From assembly GCF_018977255.1 (NCBI RefSeq), contig NW_024704742.1, positions 18,788,001-18,852,000 of the forward strand: a stretch of 64,000 nucleotides of DNA, written 5' to 3'. Position numbers and translations under genes: made by a program. Numbering within the stretch: position 1 is the stretch's first letter; each line of letters begins with the position of its first letter. The notes under the pieces were generated by a model. The model was given only the letters and a program-made list of their open reading frames with translations, was not told the DNA's origin and searched no databases. This DNA is from Callorhinchus milii (taxonomy: Eukaryota). Below, piece after piece: positions 1 through 12,300 of this stretch.

Positions 1-623
1 ACAGACAGTCTGTCAGGACAGCAGTGGTGCTGGAGTTGAGGGTGGAGGCAGAAAGATAGAGTTGGGTGTCATCCGCTTACATGTGGAAGTTGACCCCATG
101 TCTGCGGACAATGTCACTAAGGGGGAGCATGTAGATATTAACGAGGAGAGAACCAAGGACAGAGCCCTGGGGGGACGCCAGACGTGACAGTGCGGGGGCT
201 GGAGGAGAAACCGTCAGAGGCAACAAAGTGGAGACGGTGAGAGAGATAGGATTCGATCCAGGCAAGGGCAAGTCCTCGAAGGTTAAGTTAAGAGTAGAGG
301 TGGTGTATGAGGATGGAGCGGTCGACAGTGTCGAACGCGGCAGAGAGGTCGAGGAGGACAAAGAGATAAAGGGAGCCTTGATCACAGATGTTCAGAAGGT
401 CATTTGTGACTTTGACCAGGGCTGTTTCCGTGCTATGGGCAGCGCGGAAGCCAGATTGGAAGGGATCAAAGAGGGAATGGCGAGAAAGTCGTCGCGTCCC
501 AGCAGAGCGACTGGAACGACTCGTTCCAGGACCTTGGAGAAGAATGGGAGGTTAGAGATGGGGCGGTAGTTGGAGAGGAATGATGGGTCCAGGGAAGGTT
601 TCATCAGGATGGGGTGATGATGA
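1..623 (-). mobile_element. L2-clade LINE fragment, RT region, 5'-truncated and inactive; continues beyond the window start
   Basis: Minus-strand translations give [28 protein letters not shown] and GVNFHM*ADD; the YADD tyrosine codon is TAA (79-77). Colinear with the L2 copy at about 7459-8070. Confidence 0.93.
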
Positions 624-1398
624 CCACATTAATTCATGACTCATATCATGAATTAATACCAGTTAGTTCCTGTCCACTGTCTCACTTTGCAGCTTCAAGA
701 TTGATTCACATGTTTCCTGAACTATACAGAAGTCCGAGTGTGTTAACAAGAGCTGTGAGTGTCAGTGAACAATATATCATATGAAAAAGCACAGGAAAAT
801 AAAATAACATTCATGATTTGTTTTGGTTTGCTATCTTTCAATCACAGTTATGTCTCAGTTGAAGCATCAGTGAATGAATAGAACACGGAATTGACTGACT
901 ACAGGGAAAGTGAAAATGCTGAACCCTCATTGCACACATGCAAATTCTATAGGTCAGTATCACTATTATTACCCCTGGCACATGTCTATTTTCTGTTTTA
1001 AAAAAAGTTCTAGTTAAATGATATTATTTCCCAACCTTCTTTTATATCACCACAATAATTACTTTGTTTCTTCTCATCCTCTGAACATTTTTATTGGTAA
1101 CTTCTGTGAAATCCAATAAAGTCAGAGTATAATTCTTGGCCTTCTTTCCCAGANTTTTTTTTAGATCTTCTGAAGCTATTGCGAAGACTGCTGTTTTTCA
1201 TATCTACTGAACACCAAACCATACAGCTCTATTTTTAATGGAGCAGATCCAGTCTTTCCTTTAATCTCTTAATGCTACCATCTTAGGTTCTGCGTGCTGC
1301 CTCGCAGGCTGTTCTCTTTTTTCATTCTTGACCTGAAACTAATTAGACTGGAAAGAAAGAGAAGGTGTGGGCTGGCACAAGAGTGTCTGCTTTGGCAC

Positions 1399-1567
1399 CA
1401 GATGAAACAAGCCTCCCAGATGGAAACTCGTAAATTATGATAAATACCCTGCTTTAATTTCATTATTACCGCCAGATTACGGAAATAAATGAAATGTTGT
1501 TTTTTACGAGCTCACTGGTTCTTGTGGGTTTTGCCATGAACGCTCAGTGAGGATCCTCCTTTACGAG
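1399..1567. promoter_or_regulatory. Candidate enhancer: three CTCGTAAA/TTTACGAG (HOX13-type) sites and two CAGATG E-boxes
   Basis: CTCGTAAA at 1427-1434; TTTACGAG at 1503-1510 and 1560-1567; CAGATG at 1399-1404 and 1417-1422, all in non-repetitive sequence. Function is inferred only. Confidence 0.3.
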
Positions 1568-2164
1568 TTCTCCCTAATTTAAGCATGAAACCTCTGAGTA
1601 CTGAATGTACTTGGCAGCCATCAAAATATACACATTTATCGTAATTCGATACAAAGAGTTTTTTGGGGGAAATGATTATCTGTTCATTTTTCGGATCCTA
1701 CCGAAAACACTGATCTTTGTAATTGACAGTTCTGACTGGTACAGAGGGCAGAAATATAGGAAAAATGATAGTTGGTGATAGATTTTAGTGGATTTCTTTA
1801 TGTACTTTTGAATCCTGCAGCAACCCTGTGTTGCAATCTTTGTGTCAGTCTGTGCCTGTCAGAGGTTATCTGAATTTCCATCAATGTTTAATGCTGAAAA
1901 CTCGAAAATAGCTCATTTCATAATTCTCAGTATTCTCAAAGGAACCAGTTGTGCCAAGTTGTTGAAGAGCCTATTATAACAGTCAGAGAGATAGATGGTG
2001 CCTATATTCAGATGTATTCAGTGTTAAGGTTCCAGATTTTGATCCCTGAGATTCAAGTCAAACCTGAGCTTCATTTTAAAAATGTATCAGAAGGGATAAG
2101 ATATACTGGACTAGGAATTGGGACTTATTGTCAGGTATATATTGTATATATATTGTATATATTG

Positions 2165-2347
2165 CCTGGCTCACTTGGTAGCACTCTTGCCTCTAAGTCA
2201 GAATGGTGTTCAAATCCTGCTTCTGGATTTTGAACTCACACACTCTGGGTTGATACTCCAATGCAATGCTGGAGGTGTGCAGAATTGTTGAAGGTACTAT
2301 CCTTTGGATGAGATATTAAAGTGTCTGTTTGTTCATGTTGATGTTAA
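2165..2347 (+). mobile_element. Old DeuSINE (SacSINE1-like), 5' part
   Basis: tRNA-like head (ggctcacttggtagcactcttgcctctaagtcaga...gttcaaatcc) followed by a Deu-domain-like ctttggatgagatattaaa. Homologous to the copies at 37922, 41604 and 63510. Confidence 0.7.
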
Positions 2348-3219
2348 TGTATTCAAGGCTAAACATTGGAAGGAATGGCATTCACACTTATATGAACATA
2401 GGTAAAAGTGGTAACCCAGTTTTAGAAATATAAGCTTTCATAACAAAATTCAATTACTTTAGTTATTAGGAAAATTGGTCTATTAATTTGATTGTATTTC
2501 TCCCACAGTAAAATAGCCGAGCCAGTTTCCTAGCCACATAGCTTGCTCATCATATTTCAATCCATGTCAACTCATAGCTGGAAAGGAATCTAGTAATACA
2601 CTGTTATTGCTTTGTATGTGGTTAAAATAAATTAATCACCATATCATGATACTCTTATCAAAATATAAATGAAATTAAGTGCAGTGCCTTTGTATTACTT
2701 GTTTTATATATTGCTGGCTTTACTAAGTCTGAGAATTTGAACATAGGGAAAAATGCAAATTGTAATGCTATCACTGCTGATACTACATGCTACATTTTTC
2801 CATCTATACAGGATATATGTTACAACTCCAGTAGCATTTTTGGGGTTAGTCGGGTGTCTGACCCATTCGGAAACCGTCATCATGTTTCCAAACCAGACAC
2901 AGAATTGTACATACTTATGCCTCCTAGACATGGAAACTTTCACTTGTCTGGAAAGGAATGCGTACACTCTCCCTGGAGGAACACACATCTTGCCCAGCTA
3001 GGAAAACCCTACCCATTAGGGCATTGACTTGCAAGATTAACAGAAGCCAAGTGGGAAGAATCCCTGCCCCCAATGACCAGTTTGATCCCCCACATCCTGT
3101 CAATGATTCAGACTGCCCGATTTGTCATCAGTAATGCCCTGGAGTATTGCAGACCAGCCTGGCTCAGGCAACAAACTACAAATACTGCAACAGAGGATTG
3201 AATCAATTTTTTTTTGTCA

Positions 3220-3535
3220 AATAATAATAATAATCCTTGCATTTGATATAGCGCTTTTCACATCTTCTAGACGTCGCAAAGCGCTTCACAGAATATACTG
3301 TAAAGTGAATTGACTGTATATTTGTGGGTGAACGCGGCAGCCAATTGCGCACAGCAATGTCCCACAACAGTCGTAGATTGAAAATGACCAAATTATTATT
3401 TTTTTTGTTTTTTGGCAGGCTTATTATAAGGCGTGTGGAGTAAGGAAACTTGCCCAAGGTTTCGCCCTGCCTGGAATTGAACTCAGGTCTCTCGCTTGAA
3501 AAGCGAGTGCTCTAATCACTGAGCTATAGGACTCC
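3220..3535 (-). mobile_element. tRNA-Ala-derived SINE, short form, full length
   Basis: Reverse complement starts GGAGTCC, has A-box and B-box (gagttcaattcc) motifs, and ends in an L2-like stem-loop tail plus (ATT)n. Body is close to 23536-23860 and 48379-48705. Confidence 0.92.
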
Positions 3536-4124
3536 GAGAAATATGTCAACTTGGAGCCAGCTCATCTCCAAGAGTTTCCTGTTTCAGGCACTCCAGGATG
3601 CCACCTCACGTGAAGGGAGCTATATAAATGCAAGTTGTTGTTTATTTCCTCTCCCACCCCCATTTTCCATGACAATAGTCATTATTTAATATCTGACAAG
3701 TGGACCTTTGAGCCCTCACTAGGTGGACATTGAGTACCAGGACCTGCCTGTGAACTTTCTGGTGAGTAGCACGAAATGTGTGAGAGCATTGCCACCATCT
3801 TTCTTCTCACAGTTCGGACACATATTCCATATTCATTGAGTGATAGTTCCACCAGTTAAGGTGTGGAGTTTGAGCAGTAGCTGCTACCTCTTTACACACC
3901 AAACAATTACTCAGGATTGGTTTGAAGCTGCAAAGGCAAATGAAGGATTCTTATAGTTATCATAAAAAAGTATTTCATCTCATTACTCTGTGCTCAACTC
4001 AAAGCCAAGTGTCTTAATCTAATTCAGTACTCTTTGCCTGTACACTCTAATACCTTTCCTCTGCATGCATTTGTTGAAATCTTTTTTAAATATCCCAGTT
4101 AGAACAAACATTACAAGAATAATG

Positions 4125-4650
4125 ACAACAATAAATTGCTATTATAAAGCAGCCTTCGTGTGGGGTAGTATCTTGAATGTCTTACAATGGCACAGTTTAA
4201 TGCTGAGCCAGGAAGGCAGAGGTTGAAGGGGAAAGTCTTCAGGTGTGATCTGAAGATGGCCAAAGAGGGGGCAAGGCAGAGGGATTGAAGCAGAGATTTC
4301 CCTAGTTTCAGGGTGTGATAGCTGAAAGCACGGCTGCTGAATGGTGTACCAGAGATAGTCCCATTGGTTTTCTCCTCAGATGCATTGTAACTAGAAGACA
4401 ATTTGGTCAAAGGCCCAAGCTGGCTGAGTAAAGGGGTGAGGTAGAGGAGTGGGGTATGAACAAGTTGAAAATGTAGGGCAGCGTTAGGGCAGGACATTAT
4501 TTGTAGGTGAGAGTGAGGATCTTGAAATCAATCTGTTCTGCATCAGGGAGCCAGTGGAGCCTGGCCGGCACTGATGTAATGATGGTGTGGAGATTGTAAT
4601 GGGTGAGGATATGGGCGGTGGAGTTTTGAATCTGTTGGACACAGTTGAAA
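4125..4650 (-). mobile_element. L2 3' fragment carrying a 54-bp non-L2 insert at 4355-4408
   Basis: Translates to QNSTAHILTH, LHWLPDAEQIDFKILTLTYK, RAFSYH and FRSHLKTFPF, typical of the L2 ORF2 C-terminus. Confidence 0.85.
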
Positions 4651-6060
4651 AAGTGCAATTTCAGAACAAATTTGCTGAAATTGAAGTGTGTATGTGTGGG
4701 GGTGGGGGGGGCGGGGTGGTATGTATTCATACCCAGAGCAGGTCAACATTTATTATGAAATTACAATTTTTCGTAACAGAGTCAATGTCACATTAAATTA
4801 ATTATGGAAAATCGTATTTTCACCACGTGGTTTTGAAAGGAGCCTCATGTTCATGGAAAAGTAATCAGCAAACACACTTAGCAAGGGAGACAAGCCAAAA
4901 GGATTCTGAGACATTTCCTAACAATAATTTAAGATGGTCATGAATTCTAACAAGGTTTACATCATTACATTGTGCAGTTACAAAAAAAAAGCTTTCACAA
5001 ACAATGTTTTTGATGAAAGCAGCAATCGTTAAAAAAATTTAATAAAATAGTCTCTCTATCATCAATATCAACTGAACTGAGAACATTTCTGTCCTGTCTG
5101 CCTTGCACAATCCATTCGTTCGTCAAAAATAGTCCCATTGGTTTTCTCCTCAGATGCATTGTAACTAAACAACAATTTGGTCTTTTCTTTGGGCATACAT
5201 CTCTTGCACCAGACAATAAGTTTCCCTGTGACAGTTGTGAGCCTCCAACAAAACAGTGCAGCCTTTTTGTATTCGTAGATGTGACTGAACACAGGTAGGA
5301 GCCGCATTTTGTAATCCTCTAAACTGCATGAGTGATGAAAGGCAAAAGTTAGTAACAAATTTCAAATCTCATAAAGAACTTGGAAAAAGATATACATGCT
5401 CAGTTCTGTGATAAAAACAATAAAATCCCAGTTTAGATTGCTGCATACACTATTTTTATTCTATGCTTCCAAACATTGCCTTTACTGCAATGAACTAACC
5501 TCCCACTGGTTATTGGTGAAACTAGGGTCCATTACAAGTGTTAAGAATCCTGGTTGAAGCTGACATTCCAGTGATAAGTCTAGGTTCAGCAGAGAGATCA
5601 GTGCCTAATAAAGATTCAATCAGTCGACTCCAAATTGTACTAACCTTGGTATATAGCTGTTGACATCATTATAAGTGGGGTGTTAAAGGCTGCTGATGGA
5701 TAATGACATCTCACTGATCTGCTCAACAGCTTTTCATTCTTTCAGACATTCATCAATCATCCCGCAGCTAAAATTAAATCCTTGTGTGCGCCGAGGATAA
5801 GGAATGGTATCCAATGCATCATTGAAGCCCTGTTTATATCGGAAAAATTGCACTATCCCAGATCTAGGAAATGTTTCTCAAATCTCTGTTGTAAATCCCG
5901 CAGAATGAATCTGCAGAATCATTGCACATCTGGAACTGTTTCTGTTATAGCTTGATGCCTGCGTATCCTCAATGGAAAATGGCAAGTGAAATATTAAAGT
6001 CCAAGCTTAATATTCCAGTTGACTAAGATATGACTGAGTGGTGGGAATCTCAGACCATTG

Positions 6061-6090
6061 GGATGAAAGTCTTCTCTCTCTCTCTCTCTC
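6061..6090. repeat. Short (TC)n microsatellite
   Basis: About 9 TC units at 6072-6090. Confidence 0.8.
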
Positions 6091-6617
6091 ATACCGCTGT
6101 GTAAATCCTAATTGAAACGAACATAATGTCAACTCGGTTCCCGGCCAAAATGAATCCGGGGCGCAAACTATCCATAATTTAGCAATGGGGCAGTTTCACT
6201 AAAAAGAACTTATAATAGTAATAATAATATCATTTGTATTTGGTATAGCTCCTTTCACATCAGCAGGATGTCTCAAAGCGCTTCACAGGATATACTGTAA
6301 ACTGTAGTGACTGCATTTCGTAGGGAAGGGAAAAAACCTTCAAAGTAAAAATAAAATCCAGATGTAATACTTTCTATAAAAAACTAATCTTCCTGAATAG
6401 CGGAGCAATTTATACTCATAAAAATAATCTTTGAAATTTAGGTGATTTTTGTAACAGTTTCAATATATTACCGTATGTCCTGTTGCTTGTTTCACCTCTA
6501 TAAATCCAAAAATATATATGTTCTTTAAAAAATCTAGTAAATCTAGTAAATCTTATCAATTGCAAATATATCAGAGAAAGTTTGTATAGTATTTCAATAC
6601 AAGCTTTCTCTGATATA

Positions 6618-9360
6618 CAACAACAACAAGATTACATTTGTATAGCGCCTTTCACGTCGGGAGGTCGTCCCAAGGTGTTGGATAGAGTACAGCATTTCAG
6701 ACCCGAGCTGGGGTTGGGGGGGAAAGGAGGGGAGGGGAAGCGGGGTGGCCGATGGCAATGTCAGAGGACGGTCTTGAGGCAGGACTTGAAGGAGGCTAAA
6801 GAGGGGGCGAAGCAGAGTGACTGGGGGCTGGAATTCCAGAGGTTGGGGGCAGAGTGGCTGAAGGCACGGGGGTCGGGGGACGAGGAGCAGGCCAGAGCCG
6901 GCTGAGTGGAGGGAACGGGCGGGTTGGTAAGGGTTTAGGAGGTCGCAGAGGTAGGGTGGGGTGAGACCATGGAGGGCTTTGTCGGTGAGGACCAGGATCT
7001 TGAACTGGATCCTCTGAAGGATAGGGAGCCAGTGGAGTCGGGCGAGAATGGGGGAGATGGGGTTATGGAATTTGGTGTGGGAGAGGACACAGGCTGCAGA
7101 GATCTGGATTATTGGGAAGGCCGATAAGCAGGGTGTTTGCATAGTCAAGCCTGGAGGTGATGAAGGCATGAACAAGAGTTTCGGCGGTCTGAGAGGTGAG
7201 GTAGTGGCGGAGTCGGGCGATGTAACGGAGGTGAGGGAAGGCAGAGCGGGTCATGGCTTGAATGTGGGGGAGCAAAGGCAGTTGAGGGTCGAACAAGACA
7301 TCTAGGTTCCTGACTGGCTTGGTGAGTTGTATTGTGCAACCATGGAGGTTGATGCTGCCAGTGCCTGAGGTGCTGAGGCGCTGGCGCGAGCCGATCAGGA
7401 GGGCCTCAGTCTTGTTCACATTCAACTGAAATTTGCCCTTATCCAGGACTTGATGTGGACAGGCAGTCTGTCAGCACAGCAGTGGTCCTGGAGTTGAGGG
7501 TGGAGGCAGAAAGATAGAGTTGGGTGTCATCCGCGTACATGTGGAAGTTGACCCCATGTCTGCGGACGATGTCACTAAGACGGAGCATGTAGATATTGAA
7601 GAGGAGAGAACCAAGGACAGAGCTCTGGGGGACACCAGACGTGACAGTGCGGGGGCTGGAGGAGAAACCGTGAGAGGCAACAAAGTGGAGACGGTGAGAG
7701 AGATAGGAATCGAACAAGGCAAGGGCAGATCCGTGAAGATTGAGTAAAGCAGAGAGGCGGTGTATGAGGATGGAGTGGTCGACAGTGTTAAATGCGGCAG
7801 AGAAGTTGAGGAGGACAAGGAGGCAGAGGGAGCCCTGATCACAGATATTCAGAATGTCATTAGTGACTTTGACCAGGGCTGTTTCCGTGTTGTGGGCAGC
7901 GCAGAAGCCGAATTGGAGGGATTCAAAGAGGGAATGGCGAGAAAGAAAGGAGCAGCTGGGACAAGACAACTCATTGCAGGACCTTGTAGAGGAATGGAAG
8001 GTTAGAGGTGGGTCAGTAGCTGGAGAGGAGTGATGGATCCAGGGACGTATTTTCAGGATGGGGGTGATGACGGACGTTTCTAGAGGGGTGGGAACTGAAC
8101 CGGTGGACAGGGAGAGGTTGATTTCATCGGACAGGAGGGAGGCCAGAAGGTGGCTAGGAAACGAGGAGAGAGGTGGGGATGGGATCGAGGGAGGAGGTAG
8201 TGGGTTCGAGATTGCGGATAGTCGTGGTGAAGGAGGAGGGACAGATAGGGTCGAAGGAGTGTAGGGGGGGGATGGGTGGGAGGTGGGTCATGAGGGAGAG
8301 GTGATGTGGGGGTGGCTGTGGGCAGGGCTGAGGTGGCTGAACATATCCCCTCAATTTTAGATTCGAGGAAGTCCAGCATCTCCTCACAGTTGGAGTTTGA
8401 GTAGAGGATGGGCGAGATATGGGAAAGTGGACAGAGGAAACGGATAGTGGTGGAAAAGAGAAGCCGGGGGTTGTCGTTTGCCTCCAAGATAACCTTGGAG
8501 TAGAAGGAGGATTTGGCGGAGGCAAGAGGTAGGTCTTGGTGTGGTGAAGCCAAATCTGCCGATGGACCGTTAGTTTGGATTTGGTCCAGGCGCGTTCGAC
8601 AGCTCATACTTGTGCCTTGACGGAATGGAGATGGCTGGTGTACCAGGGGGATTTATGGGAGTATTAAGCAGTTCGGGAAATGAGGGGGGCAAGGGAGTCC
8701 AGAATGGAGGAGAGGGAGTTGTGGAGAAAGGAGAGTGAGGAGGGGAGATCGGTCAGTGAGGGCCAGAGGTAGGTGTAGGAGTTCAGATGACTCCAGGGCA
8801 GTGGAGAGGGAGAGGGAGGAATTTTTTTTCCATGGATGGTATGTAATGGTGGAGGGTTGTGAAGGGGGAAAGGGTACAGAGGTATTGAGGCAGATGAAGT
8901 GGTGGTCCGAGATGGCTTTATCGATGATGGTGATGTCTGAGACGGTGAGGCCCCGGGTGATCACCATGTCAAGCGGGTGGCCACGGACATGGGTGGAGGA
9001 GTGGATGACGAGGGAGAGGTTGAGGGAAAAGAGGAGGGAGGAGAAGTCGGCAGAGGTAGAGCAGGAGAGGGTAAAGTGCAGGTTGAAGTCGCCTAAGATA
9101 AGGAGGCGTTCAGAGCAGAGGGAGAGGGAACATAGGAGGGTGGAGATGTCCAAGAGGAAGGTGGGGGAAGGCTTGGGGGGACAGTAAACAAGGAGGATTT
9201 TGAAGGAAAGCCTGGAGGGGTGGTAGAGGGTAAGGTGTTCAAAGGAGGGGAAGGTTCCAGAGGAGTAAGGAGAAAGGCCAACGGGGGACTGGGAGATGAG
9301 AGCCACAGCACCGCCATGGCGATAAGGCCGTGGGGTTTGGTGAAAAGTGTAACCTGGAGG
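6618..9360 (-). mobile_element. L2-clade LINE, about 2.7 kb, with decayed ORF2 (APE endonuclease plus reverse transcriptase); 5'-truncated and frameshifted
   Basis: APE motifs LILGDFNLH, THVRGHPLDMV and ISDHHFI (ORF 8653-9306). RT motifs QFGFCAAHNTETAL, LLNFSAAFNTVDH, GVPQSSVLG and MYADDTQLY (ORF 7439-7969). C-terminal LVHAFITSRLDY and LHWLPILQRIQFKIL. Stem-loop 3' tail plus (TTG)n at 6618-6685. ORF2 is split over several frames. Confidence 0.97.
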
Positions 9361-12300
9361 TTATTTGCAATTGATAAGAAATTCAATGTACATGGTTAAT
9401 GCCTTATTATAAAATTAATTCATTCATTGGCAGTGTATATGGATTAGTTGAGCCACTCAGTTCTGTTAGTGAAATGGGCTGGTTTAGCTCTTCCTGACAA
9501 AGGATGTGCTTGTAATTTCAGTTATATTCAGAATGGTGACTATTTTATCCTTAAACAATGCCCTGAGGATTATCACTGAAGAAATATTGAGCCCTACAGA
9601 TTTGATTGCATTAAAGGATAGTTTATGGATATATTTGACTGTTAACAATGGAATTTCATTGGGGAACATTTAATGACTGATAGGTCAGAGAGTTAAATCC
9701 AGAGAGAAGTGACTGTGGAGAAGAAGAGGCCCAAAGTATTATAGTCTGAAACAATATTCACAGGCTTCAACAGAAGTCAGACAAATGTTATTCCCTCCTC
9801 AATTTTCTCAGCTGTGTTCATGTGGAAATTGCTCGCGCCACAATTTAGCCACCTGTGCAAATAAGGCATGGACCTTTGGGCACACGCACACATCTGGACT
9901 TTTTCTTATAGAACTGCGGACACCTGTTTTCCAAATTTAGACTCAATGAAACATTTCCACATTTCTGTGCAACCAAATTATCCTGCAGACTGAGACTGGG
10001 GAAAATTTCAGGCCAGAGGGTTATATTATGGAAATCTTTAAAAAGTGATCTTGCTGCTATGTTTTTAGAATAACAGGATACCTCATCCTAAAGGTGTGAG
10101 TGGCCTGAAATTCTTCAGTGTTTTTTAGGCTTAAGACCACTGACATAAAATGTCAGGTCATGCAGAATGTTGGAAACATCTTAAATTAACCCGAAAGAAT
10201 TCAGAACAATGTTGAGAAAAGAGGAGGGGAGGGTCTTGCCTCCAGCACATTTAAATTAATTCAAATTGAATATTTAGTGAGTTGCAAAATTTAAGCCACA
10301 AATTAGACGCTTTGTTGATGTACCATAACATTAGCCACCTGATGAACAGTTCATCTGCAAATTGGTTTTCAATTACAATTCAAACCTTCAGAAAGATATT
10401 TGAAAAGCTATCATGTCTCTGTTCTAACCACCTCCTGCTGTATGGTGGTGGAGTCAGCAATATAGAGCAATAGCTGTCCTTTTTCAGGACACTTTTGTCT
10501 GTTCAGAATTCCTTGGCTACACACATGTGTTGAGAAACCATCAATGATAAACACAATACTCCATTCCTAAAACTTGACTCTCTATAAGGTAGAAGAAATG
10601 GGGCTTTAATTTTACTAAAGAATGAAAACAAAAGATCTTCCTGTAGCGTTACAAAATTTTAATTGGAAAAAAAACTAAAGGATATAACAGAGACTAAAAC
10701 ATCAGCTTCTTAATTGACACCAAATCTTATCGCTTCTATTTGTGAACTAAGGTCTTTTGTCTTACATCAATCCAAAAACAAACAAATAAAAAGCTTTTGA
10801 TAAGATAACTCTTTGTGTAATCTCATTCAAATTTCTGACACAAGATCTAGTATTGGCTATGGTTTAGAACAGTGCAATTCTTAAAGAACACATTTAAAAC
10901 AGATGAGCTTCAGGCTGTGTGGGAATAATAAATATAAATAAAATCCAGATATGAACTTGACAAGGGCCTATTTCCCATCTCCGTGCTCTTGTGATACGAT
11001 CATTCCCTGCATTAATAGTGAGCTAAATATCTGTACTTTACATGTTTGGTCAACATTATTTCGTACAGCCCACAAGAGGAAAATCGAGGTATTTCCTAGA
11101 TGGTATCGGAAACTCAATATTAAATTGTAGCCTTTTGCACATTGTCTACCATTGACACTTTATCGTACCAAATATTTTTGACTCAATAAAAAGAAAATAA
11201 TCATGACGATTGTAAAAAGCAAACCTGAAAATACAAGAAGACGGTGAAAAGCTATTGCCATGCAGAATATGGACATAATACAATCAGAAAATTAGTGCGC
11301 AGCTCTAACGGAGACTATAAAATTTATAATTCACTGTGCCATGGCAATAATGAACTTTAACCTAATAATTATAATTTTTGCCTTGAAAGTTCTGTGCATA
11401 CAGAAGGGAATCTGTTATGAGCATCTATAAGAGACTTACAGAACTTCTCATTATACTGAAGAAACGGGATACAATTTTGGAACAGATTTCTTAATAAGAA
11501 AAATAGTAAAAAAAAGCTTTATTGATTTTCCAAAACTTTGATTGTGCCTGAAAATGCAGCTTAGAAATGCTTTAGATATTTGCTATTGAATTCTAAAGCA
11601 TCGCATTCTTTAACACACTTTTTTAATTTTTGGCACGTTTCATATTAAGTGATTTGCAAAGAGGTATCACAAATTAGATCCCAATCGGTGCTCCAAAATA
11701 CATCATGAGATAACCCCTGCTAAATGATTTTCAAAGCACTGTTTATCTTTCATATATGGATATACATTGGCTGCCTCATTCACCCACAAAATTCATACAA
11801 TCACACCACTTTACAGTGTAAACTGGGATGCCTCAATGACATGATAACACACTATACCAAATGCAAGGATTATTATTGTTACTATTATACATAACACTAT
11901 TATTATTTAAAGTAATAACCCGTCACTGACATAACAAACAATAGCAAATATTCTATTAGCACCTCTACTAAAAATGTTGCACTGATTCAGCAGTAAATAC
12001 ACCTGACTATTATTAACTTTTATCTAACCCTTAATTAAATCCGCAAAATATATTTTTTTCAATGTATACCAATGTAATCTTTGGTTTACAATGTGTGCCT
12101 AACTTACTTTTCAGTTACAAAAGTAAGAATTGAAAAAAAAAGTGAAAATATGTGAGCTTTAAATTGAATGTGTTATATCAAGCATTGTGATGTAATGAAT
12201 ATTTCCATTCACGGGACTGATTGGTTCCATGTTGTGACTTGATCGCTTCTAAGCTACTTGGCCAGCCATTCTTGTGATGCTGTCATGGAACTGGCCAAGT

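Noticed and set aside
1154..1154. Single N next to a T run
   Set aside because: An assembly ambiguity at a homopolymer, not biology.
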